NCBI RefSeq assembly: GCF_044704955.1
Contig: NC_092008.1
Span: 11,842,001-11,906,000 of the forward strand
DNA length: 64,000 nt
Reading direction: 5' to 3'
DNA from: Pristiophorus japonicus
Lineage: Eukaryota
A program made the translations under genes and the position numbers. How positions within the stretch are numbered: the stretch's first letter is position 1; each line of letters starts with the position of its first letter. The notes beneath the pieces are model-generated. The model worked only from the letters and a program-made list of their open reading frames with translations, did not search any database and was not told the origin of the DNA. Shown piece after piece: positions 45,356 through 60,600 of the stretch.

Positions 45356-47083
45356 TCAATCATTCTCTCATCGATCAGACTCACATCACCGAGTCAATCA
45401 CGTGTCACCTATCAGCAGCCCATCTACCAGACCCTCAACTATCAGACGCCCACCTATCGAAGCCCCAACTATCAGACCCCCATGTATTAGATTAACATCT
45501 ATCAGACCAACATCTATCACAGAATAAAATCTATCAGAACACTATCACTCAGATGCCAATTAATCAGACCACGAACGGCCAGTCCCATTCAAGCAGAACC
45601 TCATTTACGAGACCCTAAGCTATCAAACCCCAACAGAAAAAGCCCATCTCCCAGACACCTACCAATCAGATCCCCATCTGTCGGACACCATCAGTCACCC
45701 ACATATCAAACCTCATCTACCGGACACCCATCTAACAGACCCCTACCAATCAGACCCTCATCTTTCAGATCTGTAACTATCAGACCCCCACATATCAAAA
45801 TCCATCAACTAGACTCCTGTCAATCAGACCCCTATCAATCTGACACCTGTCAATCATAGCCCATCAATCAAATCCCCATCTACCATACCACCATCTATCA
45901 GAACCCCATCTATCAGTTCTTAATAAATCACATCCCCTCAAGCAGACCCCCATCTATCAACAGATCCCCATCAATCAGACCCTCATTAATCAGGCACCCA
46001 TCAATTAGACTCCCATCAATCAGATTCCAATCAATCAGACCACCATTAAGCAGACCCACATCAATCAGACCCCAATCAATTAGGCACCAATCAATCAAAT
46101 ACACATGTAACAGAACCCCATCTTTCAGACGCCCATCAATCAGAGCCCCATCAATGAAATCCCAATCCAGCAGAGCCCATCAATCAGACACCCATCAATC
46201 TAATCCCATCTATAAGATCCCTATCTATCAGACTGCGATCCGTCAAAATTGTATCTATCAGATCCTTATCAATCAGGCCCCTATCAGTCAGACCATCGTC
46301 ACTCAACTCAATCAATCAGACCCTCATGTATCAAACACCCATCAATCAGACTCCCAACTATCAGACTCCCATGAATAAGACTTGCATCTATCAGACCCTT
46401 GTCAATCAGATCCTCATCAATCAAAGCAACATCTATCAGCCTTCCATCTATTCGATTCCCAACAATCAGACCCTCATCATTCAGATTCAATCCATCAGAA
46501 CGCCATCAATCGGAGCCCCATCAATTAGGCATTACTCAATCAGACCCACAACAATCAGACCCCACATTAAACGAAACTTCAAAAATCAGAGCCCCATTAA
46601 TCAGAACCTAATCAATCACATACCCATCAATCAGAACCTCATTAGTCAGACCCTAATCAATCACACCCCATCAATTAGACATTGCTCAATCAGACCCCCA
46701 CCAGTCAGATCCCCATCAATCAGACCCACTTCAATCATATCCCCATTAATTAGACCCCATCATTCAGACACCCATTAATCAGACCCCATCAATCAGACCC
46801 CATCAATCAGACCCTCATCAGTAAGACCCCCATTAATCAGAGCCCATGAATCAGACCCCCATCAATCAGATCCTCATCAGATCCCCATTAAGCACACCCC
46901 CATTAATCAGAGCCCATGAATTAGACCCCCATCAATCGGACCTCCATCAAACGGACCCCCATCTATCAGACTCTCATCAATCAGACCCTCATCAATCAAA
47001 CCCTCATCAATCAGACTCCCATCAATCAGACCCCGTCAATCAGCCCACGTCAATCAAAGTCTATCATTCAGACCCCCGTCATT

Positions 47084-47369
47084 GGGGTCGCCCATTTAGA
47101 ACTGTGATGAGGAGGCATTTATTCTCTCAGAGGGTCGTAAATCTGTGGATATCTGTGCTCCAGACAGCTGTGGAGGTTGGGTCACTGAATACATCTAAGG
47201 TGAAAATAGAAAGATTTGTAAAAGATGAGGGAGTGAAGGGTTCTGGGGTGTGGGAAGGGAAGTGGAGCTGAGCCCAAGATTAGATCAGCCATGATCTTAT
47301 TAAATGGCGGAGCAGGCTCGAGGGGCATAATGGCCTACTCCTGCTTCTATTTTTGATGGTTTTATGTTC
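47084..47369 (+). mobile_element. CR1 3' terminal fragment (copies also at 48177-48419, 50204-50465, 53469-53748, 54684-54969)
   Basis: RPFRTVMRRHLFSQRVVNLW...; tail ttatgttc joined to satellite. Confidence 0.85.
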
Positions 47370-49362
47370 AATTAGACCCCATCAATCACATCCCTATCAA
47401 TCAGACCCTCATCAATCAGACCCACATCAATGAGAGCAACATCAATCAGAGAATGATGAATCAGACCCTCATCTATCATACCGTCATCAATCAGACTCTC
47501 ATCAATCAGATTCCATCCATCACACGCCCATCAATCAGACGACTATAATCCAGATCCCCATCAATCAGACCCCGATCAATTAGACCACATCAATCAGACC
47601 ACCATCAATCAGGCTCCATCAATTAGATCTCTATCAGTCAGATCCTCATCAATCAGACCGTCATCAATCAGACCACCATCAATCATGTCATCGATCAGAT
47701 CCCTAGCAATCAGACGCCATCAGTCATGCATCCTCAATCAGATCCCATCAATCAGACTCCATCACTCAGAACCCAATCAATCAGACCTCCATCAATCAAT
47801 CCCCATTTTATCAGACCAATATCAATCAGATCACGATCAGTCAGATCCTCATCAATCAGACCTCGATGTATCAGCCTCCCATCCACCCGGACTCCCATCA
47901 GTCAGATCCCCATCAATCAAATCCCCAATAATCAGACTCCCAGCAATCAGACCGTCATCCATCGGACTCATTCAATAATAACCAAACAATTAGATTCCCA
48001 TTAATCAGAACCCCATCAATCAGACCCCCATCAATCAGAGCCCATCAATCAGACCGTATTAATCAGAAGCCCATCATTCAGATCCCATCAATCAGAGCCC
48101 ACGAATCAGGCCCACATCAAACAGGCCACCACTAGACACCCATTAATCAGACTCCATCAAATAGACCCCCGTCAATGGGGTCACCCATTTAGAACTGTGA
48201 TGAGGGGGCATTTCTTTTCTCAGTGGATTGTAAATCTGTGCAATTCTCTGCTCCAGAGAGCTGTGGAGACTGGGTCATTGAAAAAATGTAAGGTGGGATT
48301 AGACATATTTAAGAAAGGTGAGGGAGTGAAGGTTTCTGGGGAACGGGCAGGGAAGTGGCAGAGCAGGTTCGAGGTGTAATTGGCTGACTCCTGATGCTAT
48401 TTCGTATGTTCTTATGTTCAACCAGGCCCCTATCAATCAGACCCCCATCAATCAGACCCCCATCAATCACACCCTCTTCAATCCGATCCCTACTAATCAG
48501 ACCCCATCAATCAGACCCCCATCAATCAGACCCGCATCAATCAGACCCCATCAATCAGACCCCCATCAATCAGACCCCCATCAATCACACCCCCTTCAAT
48601 CCGATCCCTACTAATCAGACCCCATCAATCAGACCCCCATCAATCAGACCCGCATCAATCAGACCCGCATCAATCAGACCCCATCAATCAGACCCTCATC
48701 AATCAGACCCCATCAATCAGACCCACATCAATCAGACCTCATCAATCAGACCCTCATCAATCAGACCCCATCAATCAGACCCTCATCAATCAGACCCGCA
48801 TCAATCAGACCCCCATCAATCAGACCCCCATCAATCAGACCCGCATCAATCAGACCCCCATCAATCAGAGCCCCATCAATCAGACCCCCATCAATAAGAC
48901 CTCCATCAATAAGACCCCCATCAATCAGATCTCTACTAATCAGACCCCATCAATCAGACTCCATCAATCAGACTCCATCAATCAGACCCCAATCAATCAG
49001 ACCCCAATCCATCAGACCCCGTCAATCAGACCCTCATCAATCAGACCCTATCAATCAGAGCCCCATCAATCAGATCCCTACTAATCAGACCCCATCAATC
49101 AGACTCCATCAGTCTGACCCAAATCAATCAGACTACCATCAGTCAGACTCCCATCAATCAGACTCCCATCAATCAGATTCCCATCAATCAGACCCCATCA
49201 ATCAGACCCCAATCAATCAGACCCCATCAATCAGACCCCATCAATCAGACTCCATCAGTCAGACCCCAATCAATCATACCCCATCAATCAAACCCCCATC
49301 TATCAGACCTATATCAATCAGATCCCTATCAATCAGAGTCCATCAATCAGACCCATTTCAAT

Positions 49363-50203
49363 AAAAACATAAAAATTCGGTGCAGGAGTAGGCCATTCGG
49401 CCCTTCGAGCCTGTACCACCATTCAATAAGATCATGGCTGGTCATTCATCTCAGTATCCCTTTCCTGCTTTCTCTCCATACCCTTTGATCCCTTTAGCCG
49501 TAAGTACCATATCTACTCCCTCTTGAATATATCCAACGAAATGGCATCAACAACTCTCTATGGTAGGGAATTCCACAGATTAACAACTCTCTGTGTGAAG
49601 AAGTTTCTCCTCATCTCAGTCCTAAATGGCTTACCACTTATCCCCTGGTTCTGGGCTTTCCCAACATCGTGTTTCTGCCCCCAAAGTGGATAGCTTCATA
49701 TTTGTTCGCATTATACTGCATCTGCCATGCATTTGCCCACTCACCTAACCTATCCAAGTCACACTGCAGCCTCTTAGCGACCTCCTCACAGGTCACACCG
49801 CCACCCAATTTAGTGTCATCTGCAAACTTGGAGATATTACACTCAATTCCTTCATCTAAACATTAATGTATATTGTAAATAGCTGGGGTCCCAGCACTGA
49901 GGCCTGTGGCACCCCACTAGTCACTGCCTGCCATTCTGAAAAGGACCCATTTATCCCGACTCTCTGCTTCCTTTCTGCCAATCAGTTCTCTATCTCCATC
50001 AATACATTACCCCCAATACCATGTGCTTTAATTTTGCACATTAACCTCTTGTGTGGGACCTTGTCAAAAGCCTTTTGAAAGTCCAAACACACCACATCCA
50101 CCGATCCACTCAACTAGTTACATCCTCAAAAAATTCCAGAAGATTTGTCAAGCATGATTTCCCGTTCATAAATTCATGCTGACTTGGACCAATCCTGTCA
50201 CTG
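49363..50203 (-). mobile_element. CR1 3' portion with a large internal deletion
   Basis: Tail ataaaaacataaaaat; RT motifs KAFDKVPH, ISKFADDTKL on minus; jump at ~49668. Confidence 0.88.
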
Positions 50204-53200
50204 TTTAGAACTGAGATGAGCAGTAATTTCTTCTCTCAGAGGGTCGTAAAGCTATGTAATTCTCTGGCCCAGACAGCTGAGGAGGCTGGGTCATTGCATA
50301 TATTTAAGGTGTAATTAAATAGGTTTTTGAAAGATTGGGGTGAAGGGCAATGGGGAGCGGGCAGGGAATTGGAGCTGAGCCCAAGATCAGATCAGCCATG
50401 ATCTTATTGAATGGCGGAGCAGGATCGCGGGGACAAATTGCCTACTCCTGCTCCTATTTCTTATCACATGAAAAGTTGATATGCATGATAAGACCACATC
50501 AATCAGATCCCCTTCAATGAGATCCTCATCAATCAGACCCTCATCAATCAGACCCTCATCAGTCAGACCTCCATCAATCATAACCTCATCAATCAGACAC
50601 GCATCAATCAGGCACCATCAATTAAATCTCCATCAGTCAGATCACGATGAATAAGACAGCTATAAATCAGACTCCCTCAATCATACACTCATCAATAAGA
50701 TCCGTAGCAATAAGACCCTCATCAATCAGGCCCCCATCAATCAGGCCCCCATCAATCAGACATTCAACAATCAGACTCGCATCAATCAGGCTCCATCAAT
50801 TGGATTTCGATCAGTCAGATCCACATAAATCAGAACAGCTATAAATCAGACTCCCATGAATCAGATTCCATCAGTCCTACCCCAATCAATCAGACCCCAA
50901 CAATCAAATCTCCATCTATCAGACCGATATCAGTCAGAACCCATCAATCAGACCTCGATCTATCAGACCCGCATCAATCAGACCACCATCAATCAAACTC
51001 CCATAAATAAGACCCTTTTCAATCAGACCCCTATCAATCAGACCCCAGTCAATCAGACCCTTTTCAATCAGAAACCTAACAATCATAATCTCATCAATCA
51101 GACACGCATGAATCAGGCACGAATTAGATCTCCCAGTCAGATCCCCATCGATCAGAGAGCAATAAATCAGACTCCCATCAATCATACCCTCATCAATCAG
51201 ATCCCTAGCCAGCAGACTCTCATTAATCAGACGACCATAAATTAGACCCCATCAATCAGGCACCATCAATCGGACCCCCATCAATCAGACCAGCTCAATC
51301 ACACCCCCATCACAGAGCCCCATCAATGAGACCCTCATCATTCACAGCCCCATCAATGAGACCCCCATCATTCACACACACTGCATCAATGAGACCCCCA
51401 TCATTCACACACCCCCATCAATGAGACCCCCATTATTCAAACCCCATCAATGAGACCTCCATCATTCACACCCCCCATCAATGAGACCCCCATCATTCAC
51501 AGCCCCATCAATGAGACCCCCATCATTCACACACGCCCATCAATGAGATCCCCAACATTCAAAAACCCCCATCAATAAGACCCCCATCATTCACACCCCA
51601 TCAATTAGACCCCCATCATTCACACACCCCCATCAATGAGACCCCCATCATTCACACACCCCAATCACTCACAGCCCCATCAATGAGACCCCCATCATTC
51701 ACCGCATCATTAATGAGACCCCATCATTCACACACCCATCAATGAGACCTCATCATTCAAACACCACCATCAATGAGACCCCCATCATTCACAGTCCCCA
51801 TCAATGAGACCCCCATCATTCAGACACCCCTATCAATGAGACCCCCATCGGTTACACACCCAATGAGACCCCCATCAATCAGACCATCAATCAGACCCCC
51901 ATCAATCAGAACCCCATCAGTCAGACCCCCATCAGTCACACACCCATCAATCAGACCCCCATCAATCAGACCCCCATCAATCAGACCCCGATCAATCAGA
52001 TCCCCACCAATCAGACCCCGATCAATCAGAGCCCCATCTATCAGAACCTCAATCAGACCCCCATTAATCAGACTCCATCTATCAGACCGAATCATTCAAA
52101 ATCAATCAGTCAGATCCTAACAATCTGACACCAACATTCAGACACCGATCACTTATCACCCTGTCAATGAGACCCCTATCAAAAAGACCCCCATCAGTCT
52201 GACTTCCATCAATCAGACTCCCATCAATCAGACCCCCATCAATCAGACCACCATCAATCAGACCTCCATCAATCAGACCCTTTTCAATCAGACCCCATCA
52301 ATCAGACTCCCATCAATCAGACCCCCAGCAATCCGACCACCATCAATCAGACCACCATCAATCAGACCCCCATCAGTCAGACCCTTTTCAATCAGACCCC
52401 CATCAATCAGACCCCCATCAATCAGACCCCCATCAATCAGACCGCCAACAATCAGACCCTCAACAATCAGAGCCCCATCAATCAGATCCCCACCAATCAG
52501 ACCCCCATCAATCAGACCCTTAACAATCATAATCTCATCAATCAGACACGCATCAATCAGGCACGAATTAGATCTCCCAGTCAGATCCCCATCTATCAGA
52601 AAGCAATAAATCAAACTCCCATCAATCATACCCTCATCAATCAGATCCCTAGCCAGCAGACTCTCATCAATCAGACGCCCATAAATTAGTCCCCATAAAT
52701 TAGACCCCATCAATCAGGCACCATCAATCGGACCCCCATCAATCAGACCACATCAATCAGACCCCCATCACAGACACCTATCAATGAGACCCCCATCATT
52801 CACAGCCCCATCAATGAGACCCCCATCACTCACACACACGCCATCAATGAGACCCCCAACATTCACACCCCATCAATGAGAACCCCATCATTCGCACCCC
52901 ATCAATGAGACCCCCATCATTCACAGCCCCATCAATGAGACCCCCATCATTCACATACCCATCAATGAGACCCCCATCATTGACACCCCCCCATCAATGA
53001 GACCTCCATCATTCACATACCCATCATTGAGACCCCCATCATTCACACCCCCATCAATGAGACCCCCATCATTCACAGCCCCATCAATGAAACCCCCATC
53101 ATTCACACACCAATCAATGAGACCCCCATCATTCACACATCCCGATCAATCAGACCATCATTAATCAGACCATCATCAATCAGTCCCTCATCAATCAGAA

Positions 53201-53799
53201 CCCAATCAATCAGACACTCAGACACACATCAATCAGACCCCCATGAATCAGGCCCCCATCAATTAAACACCATCAATCAGACACATATCAATCAGACCCT
53301 CATCAATCAGACACACATTAATCAGAACCTAGCAATCAGGTCCTCATCAATGAGGCCCCCGTCAAACAGACTCCATTGATCAGAGCCCATCAATCAGAGC
53401 CTGATCAATCAGACGCCTATCAATCAGACCCCGATCATCAGATCCCGATCAATCAGACCCTCGTCAATGGGGTCGCCCATTTAGAACTCAGATGAGGAGG
53501 AATTTATTCTCTCAGAGGGTCGTAAATCTGTGGAATTCTCTGCCCCAGACAGCTGTGGAGGATGGATCATTGAATATATTTAAGGTGGAAATAGATTTTT
53601 GAAAGATGAGGGAGTGGAGGGTTTTGGGGAGCGGGCAGGGAAGTGGAGCTGAGCACAACATCAATCAGCCATGATCTTATTAAATGGCGGAGCAGACTTG
53701 TCGGCCAAATGGCCTACTCGAGCTCCTATTTCTTATGTTCTTATGTTCAATCAGACACCATCAATCAGATCCCTATCAATCAGACTTCCATCAATCAGA

Positions 53800-54611
53800 A
53801 ATATAATGTTGGAAAGTGTGAGGTCATGCACTTTGGTAGAAAAATTATCGAAGAGCAAGTTATTATTTAAATAGAGAAAGATTGCAAAGTTCTGCGGTAC
53901 AGCGGGACCTGGGGGTACTTGTGCATGAAACACAAAAGGATAGTATGCAGGTACAGCAAATGATCAGGAAGGCCAATGGAATCATGGCCTTTATTGCAAA
54001 GGGAATGGAGTATAAAAGCAGGAAGTCTTGCTACAGTTATACGGGGTATTGGTGAGGCCACACCTGGAATTCTGCGTGCAATTTTGGTTTCCATATTTAC
54101 GAAAGGATATACTTGCCTTGGAGGCAGTTCAGAGAAGGTTCACTCAGTTGATTCCAGAGATGAGGGGGTTGACTTATGAGGAAAGGTTGATTAGGTTGGG
54201 CCTCTACTCATTGGAATTCAGAAGATCATAAGATCATAAGAAACATATAAGATTTTGAGGGGACTTGACAAGGTGGATGCAGAGAGGATGTTTCCACTGA
54301 TGGGGGAGACTAGAACTAGGGGGCATGATCTTAGAATAAGGAGCCACCCATTTAAAACTGAAATGAGGAGAAATTTCTTCTCTCAGAGGGTTGTAAATCT
54401 GTGGAATTCGCTGCCTCAGAGAGCTGTGGATGCTGGGACATTGAATACATTTAAGTCAGAGATAGACAGTTTTTTAACCGATAAGGGGATAAGGGAGCGG
54501 CAAGGAAGTGGACCTAAGTCCATGATCAGATCAGCCATGATCGTATTAAATGGCGGGCAGGCTCGAGGGGCCATATGGCCGACTCCTGCTCCTATTTCTT
54601 ATGTTCCTATG
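53800..54611 (+). mobile_element. 5'-truncated CR1
   Basis: YNVGKCEVMHFG, RPHLEFCVQFW, RVVNLWNSLPQ; tail tttcttatgttcctatg. Confidence 0.9.
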
Positions 54612-57600
54612 TAACCCCCTTAATCATGCCTCTCTTCAATCAGAGCCCCATCAGTCAGATCCCATCAATCAGACCCCTGTCAATGGGCCGCTCATTTATA
54701 ACTGGGATGAGCTGCAATTTCTTCGCTCAGAGAGTCTTAAGTCGGTGGAATTCTCTGCCCCAGACAGCTGTGGATGCTGGGTCATTGAATATATTTAAGG
54801 TGTAAATAGACAGATCTGTGAAAGATAAGGAAGTGAAGGGTTATGGGGAGCGGGCAGGGAAATTGAGTTGCGCCCAAGATCAGATCAGACATGATCTAAT
54901 TAAATGGCGGAGTAAGCTCGAGGAGCCAAATGGCCTACTCCTGCTTCTATTTCTTATGTTCTTATGTTCAATCAGACCCTCATCAATCAGAACCCCACCA
55001 ATTAGACACCATCAATCATAAGCACATGAATTTGATGCCGATCACACAGACACATATCAATCAGACCATCATCAATCAGAACCTTATCAATCAGATCCCC
55101 ATCAAACAGACCAACTTCAATTCGAGCACCATCAATCAGCTACATCAAACAGACCCCTATCCATCAGACGCCCATCAATCAGTCCCGCATCAATCAGAAT
55201 CAATCAATCAGACCCCCATCAATCAGAATCAATCAGACTACCATCCATCAGAGCCCCGTCAATCAGAACCCCCATCAATCCCCTTCACTGACCCCCACCT
55301 ATCAGAGCGCATCAATCAGACCACATCAATCAGACCCCTATCCATGCGACCCCATAAATCAGACCCAGATCATTTAGACCCCCTATCAATGAGACCCCCA
55401 TCAAACAGATCCCCATCAATTTGACGCCCATCAATCACATATCTATCCATCAGAGCTCCATCAATTAGTCACCATTAATCAGTCCCCATCAATCACACCG
55501 CATCAATCAGACCCCCATCAATCAGACCATCATCAATCAGACCCCCATCAATCAGACCCCTATCAATCAATTCCGCATAAATCAGTATCAATCAATCAGA
55601 CTCCCATCAATCAGAATCAATCAGACCACCATGCATCAGAGCCGCATAAATCAGTATCAATCAATCAGACCCCCCATTAATCCTCTTCACAGATGCCCAC
55701 CTATCAGAGTGCATCAATCAGACCACATCAATCAGACCCCTATCCATCAGATCCCATAAATCAGGCCCCGATCAGTCAGACATCCACCAATCAGACCCCC
55801 ACCATTCAGACCCCACCAATCAGACTCCATCAATCAGACCCAATCATTCAGAATCAATCAGTCAGATTCTAACAATCTGACACCAACATTCAGACCCCGA
55901 TCACTTATCACCCTGTCAATGAGACCCCTATCAAAAAGACCCCCATCAGTCTGACTCCCATCAAACTGATCTCCATCAATTAGACCCCCATCAATCAAAC
56001 CACCATCAATTAGACCCCATCCATCAGACCCACCAATTATACCGCCATCAACTGGACCCCATCAATCAGACGTCATCAATCAGACCTTCATCAATCAGAC
56101 CTCCATCAATCAGACCTTCATCAATCAGACCCCCATCAATCAGATCTCCATCAATCAGACCCCCATCAATCAGACCACCATCCATCAGAGCACCATCCAT
56201 CAGACCTCATCAATTATACTCCCATCAACCAGTCCCCCATCAATCAGACCCCCATCAATCAGACTCCCATTAATCAGACCCCCATCAATCAGACTCCCAT
56301 TAATCAGACCCCATCAATCAGAATCCATGAATCAGACCCCATCAATAAGATTCCTATGAATCAGACCCCCATCAATCATAACCACATAAATCTGACCCCA
56401 TCAATCAAAGCCTTTTCAATAAGACCCTTACCAATCAGAGCCCATCAATCAGACCCCATCAATCATACCACATTAATCGGACACCCATCAATCAAACCCC
56501 ATCAATCAGACCCCATCAATCAGACCCCCATCAATCAGACTCCCATCAATCAGACCCCATCAACCAGACACCCACCTACCAGAATCAATCAATCAGAACC
56601 CCATCAATCAAAATCTCTTCAATCAGACCCTTACCAATCAGAACACATTAATCGGTCCCCCATCAATCAGGCCCCATCAATCAGACCCCATCAATCAGAC
56701 CCTCATCAATCAGACCCCCATCAATCAGACCCCCATCAATCAGACACCCATCTACCAGAATCAATCAATCAGAACCCCATCAATCAAAATCTCTTCAATC
56801 AGACCCCATCAATCAGACTCCCATCAATCAGATCCCATCTATCAGACACCGATCAATCAGACCCGCATCCATCAAACACCCATCAATCAGACCCCTATCT
56901 ATAAGACCCCATCATCCAGACCCCCATCAATCAGAGACCATCAGCCAGACCCCCATCAATCAGCCCACTATCAATCAGATGCCCTTCAATCAGCCAAAAA
57001 AATCACACCCCATCTATCAGAATACCTCAATCAGACCCTCATCAATCAGTCCCCATCAATCAGACCCCCATCAATCAGACCCCCATCAATCAGACTCCCA
57101 TCAATCTGACCCCCATCAATCAGACCACCATCCTTCAGAGCTCAATCAATTAGACCCCATTAAACAGTCCCCTGCATTCAGATCCCCATCAATTGGACCC
57201 AATCCATCAGACCCCATCAATTATACTCCCATCAACTGGACCCCATCAATTAGACGCCCATCAACCAGACCACCATCAATCAGACCCCATCAATCAGACC
57301 ATCATCAATCAGACCCCCATCAGTCAGGTCACCACCAATCTGACCCGACCATTCGGACCCTATCAGTCAAAATCTAACAATCAGACACCATCAATCTGAC
57401 CCCTCATCAATTAGACCACTATCAATCAGACCCCTATCAATAAGACACCCATCAATCAGACCCCCATCAATCAGAGTCTCTTTAATCAGAGTCTCTTCAA
57501 TCAGACCACTATCAATCAGACCGCCATCAATCACAATCAATTAACTAGACCCCATCAATCAGAGTGTCTTCAATCAGCCCACTATCAATCAGAACCTCAT

Positions 57601-60600
57601 CAATCAGAATCAATCTTTCAGGCCCCCATCAATCATAGCCCCATGAATCAGACCTCCCATCAATCAGACCCTCAATAACCAATCCCCAATCAATCAGACC
57701 CCCATCAATCAGACTCCCATAACTCAAACCACCGTCAATCAAACCCCAATGAAACAGACACACATCAATCAGACCCCCATCAATCAGAAACCCATCATTC
57801 AGACCCTCTCAATCAGACCTCATCAGTAAAATCCGATCAATCAGACCCTATCAGTCAGACCCTATCAATCAGAAACCATTAATCAGACCCCGATCAATCA
57901 GAGCTCCATCAATTAGTTCCCATCATCGAGATGCCCATCAACCGGAGCCCCATCAATCAGATCCCTATCAATCAGTCCCTATGAATCAGTCCGCCCTAAT
58001 TAGACAGTTATCAACAGTGCCAAATTAATCATACCACCATCAATCAGACCTCATCAATCAGACCCTCATTAATCAGACCCTCATCAATCAGGCCACCTTC
58101 AGACCCCGTCAATCCGAACCCTACAATGAGACCCCCATCAATCAGTAGTCAACAATCAGGCCCCGGTCAATCAGATCCAATCCTTCAGACCTCATCAATT
58201 ATATTCCCATCAACAGGAAGCCATCAATCAGACGTCCATCAACCAGAGACCTTTATCAATAATGCCAAATTAATCATACCACCATCAATCAGACCTCATC
58301 AATCAAACCCTCATCAATCAGACCTCCATCTATCAGAACACCTCAATCAGACCCCATCAATCAGACCCTCATCAATCAGACCCCCATAAATCAGAACACC
58401 TCAATCAGACACACTTCAATCAGACCCTCACGTATCAGAACATCTCAATCAGACTCCCATCAATCAGACTCCCATCAATCAGACTCCGATCAATGTGACC
58501 ATCATCAGTCACACCCCCATCAATCAGACCCCTATCAATCAGACCCTCATCAATTAGACCACCATCAATCTGACCCCGTCAAGCAGACCCGATTCAATCT
58601 GACCCTCATCAATCAGACCACTATCAATCAGACACCCTTCGATCAGAACCTCATCAATCTGAACACCTCAATCAGACCCCCATCAATCAGACTCCCATCG
58701 ATCAGATCATCATCAACCAGAGCCCCATCAATCACACCTTTATCAATAGTGCCAATTAAACATACCACCAGCAATCAGAACTCATCAATCAGACCCCCAT
58801 TACTCAGACCACCATCAATCAGACCAATATCAATCTGAGCCCCTAAATCAGACTCCCATCAATTAGACCCCCTTCAATAAGATCCTCATCAATCCGACCC
58901 TCATCAATTTGACCAGCATCAATCAGACCCCCTCAAGCAGACCCCGTTCAATCTGACCCTCATCAATCAGACCACTATCAATCATACACACTTCAATCAG
59001 ACCCTCATCGATCAGAACACCTGAATCAGACCCCCATCAATCAAACACAAAAGAATCAGATCCCCTTCGATCAGAACCTCATCAATCTGAACACGTCAAA
59101 CAGACCCCCATCAATCAGACCCCCATCACTCAGATCAGAATCTATCAGATACCCTTCAATCAGATACCACCAATCAGACCCTCATTAATCAGACACTGAT
59201 CAATCAGACCCTCATCAATCAGATCCCCATCAATCAGACCCTCATCAACCAGACCCCCATCAATTAGACCCCCTTCAATCAGACCCTCATCAATCAGATC
59301 CTCATCAATCAGACACCCATCAATCAGACCCCCTTCAATCAGACCCTCATCAATCAGACCCTCATCAATCAGACCACCATCAATTAGACCACCATCAATC
59401 AGACCCCGTTAAGCAGACCCCGTTCAATTTGACCCTCATCAATCAGACTACTTTCAATCAGACGCACTTTAATAAACCCTCATTGATCAGAACACCTCAA
59501 TCAGCCCCCATCAATCCGACCCAATACAATCAGATCCTCTTTCCATCAGACCCTCATCAATCTGAACACCTCAATCAGACCCCCTTCAATCAGACCCCCA
59601 TCAATCAGTCCCCATCAATCAGATCGTTATCAATAGTGCCAAGTTAGCCACCATAAACCAGTGCTGATCAATCCAAGCCACATTAAGCAAACCCTCATCA
59701 ATCAGACCCCCATCGATCATTCCACCATCAATCAGATCCCCATCAATTTGAGCCCCATCAATCAGCTACTACAATCAGAACCCCATCAATCAGACTCCCT
59801 CTATCTGATCCACTTTAATCAGACCCTCATCAATCTGAACACCTCAATCAGACCACCATCAACCAAACCCCATCAATCTGATGCCAATCAACCAGATCCC
59901 TATCAATCAGCCCCATCAATCAGACCCTCATTAATCGGAACCACATCAATCAGAGCCCCATCAATCAGACCCCGTCAAGCAGACACCCTTCTATCTGACC
60001 CTCATCAATCAGACTCCGATTAATCAGACCCCCATCTATCAGACCACCATTAATCAGGCCATCATCAATCTGACCCCTATCAATTAGACCCCTATCAATC
60101 AGATTCCCATCAAACAGAGTTCCATCAATTATCCCCATCAACCAGACGCCCATCAACCAGAACCCCATCAATCAGTTCCCGTCAATCAGACCTTTATCAT
60201 AATGTCAAATTAATCATACCACCATCAATGAGACCTCATCAATCAGATCCCCATCAATCAGACCCTCATCAACCAGACCCCCATCAATTAGACCCCCTTC
60301 AATCAGACCCTCATCAATCAGATCCTCATCAATCAGACACCCATCAATCAGACCCCCTTCAATCAGACCCTCATCAATCAGACCCTCATCAATCAGACCA
60401 CCATCAATTAGACCACCATCAATCAGACCCCGTTAAGCAGACCCCGTTCAATTTGACCCTCATCAATCAGACTACTTTCAATCAGACGCACTTTAATAAA
60501 CCCTCATTGATCAGAACACCTCAATCAGCCCCCATCAATCCGACCCAATACAATCAGATCCTCTTTCCATCAGACCCTCATCAATCTGAACACCTCAATC

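Noticed and set aside
48420-49340. Regular short repeats as a possible CRISPR array
   Set aside because: Head-to-tail monomers without unique spacers, in eukaryotic context with no cas genes
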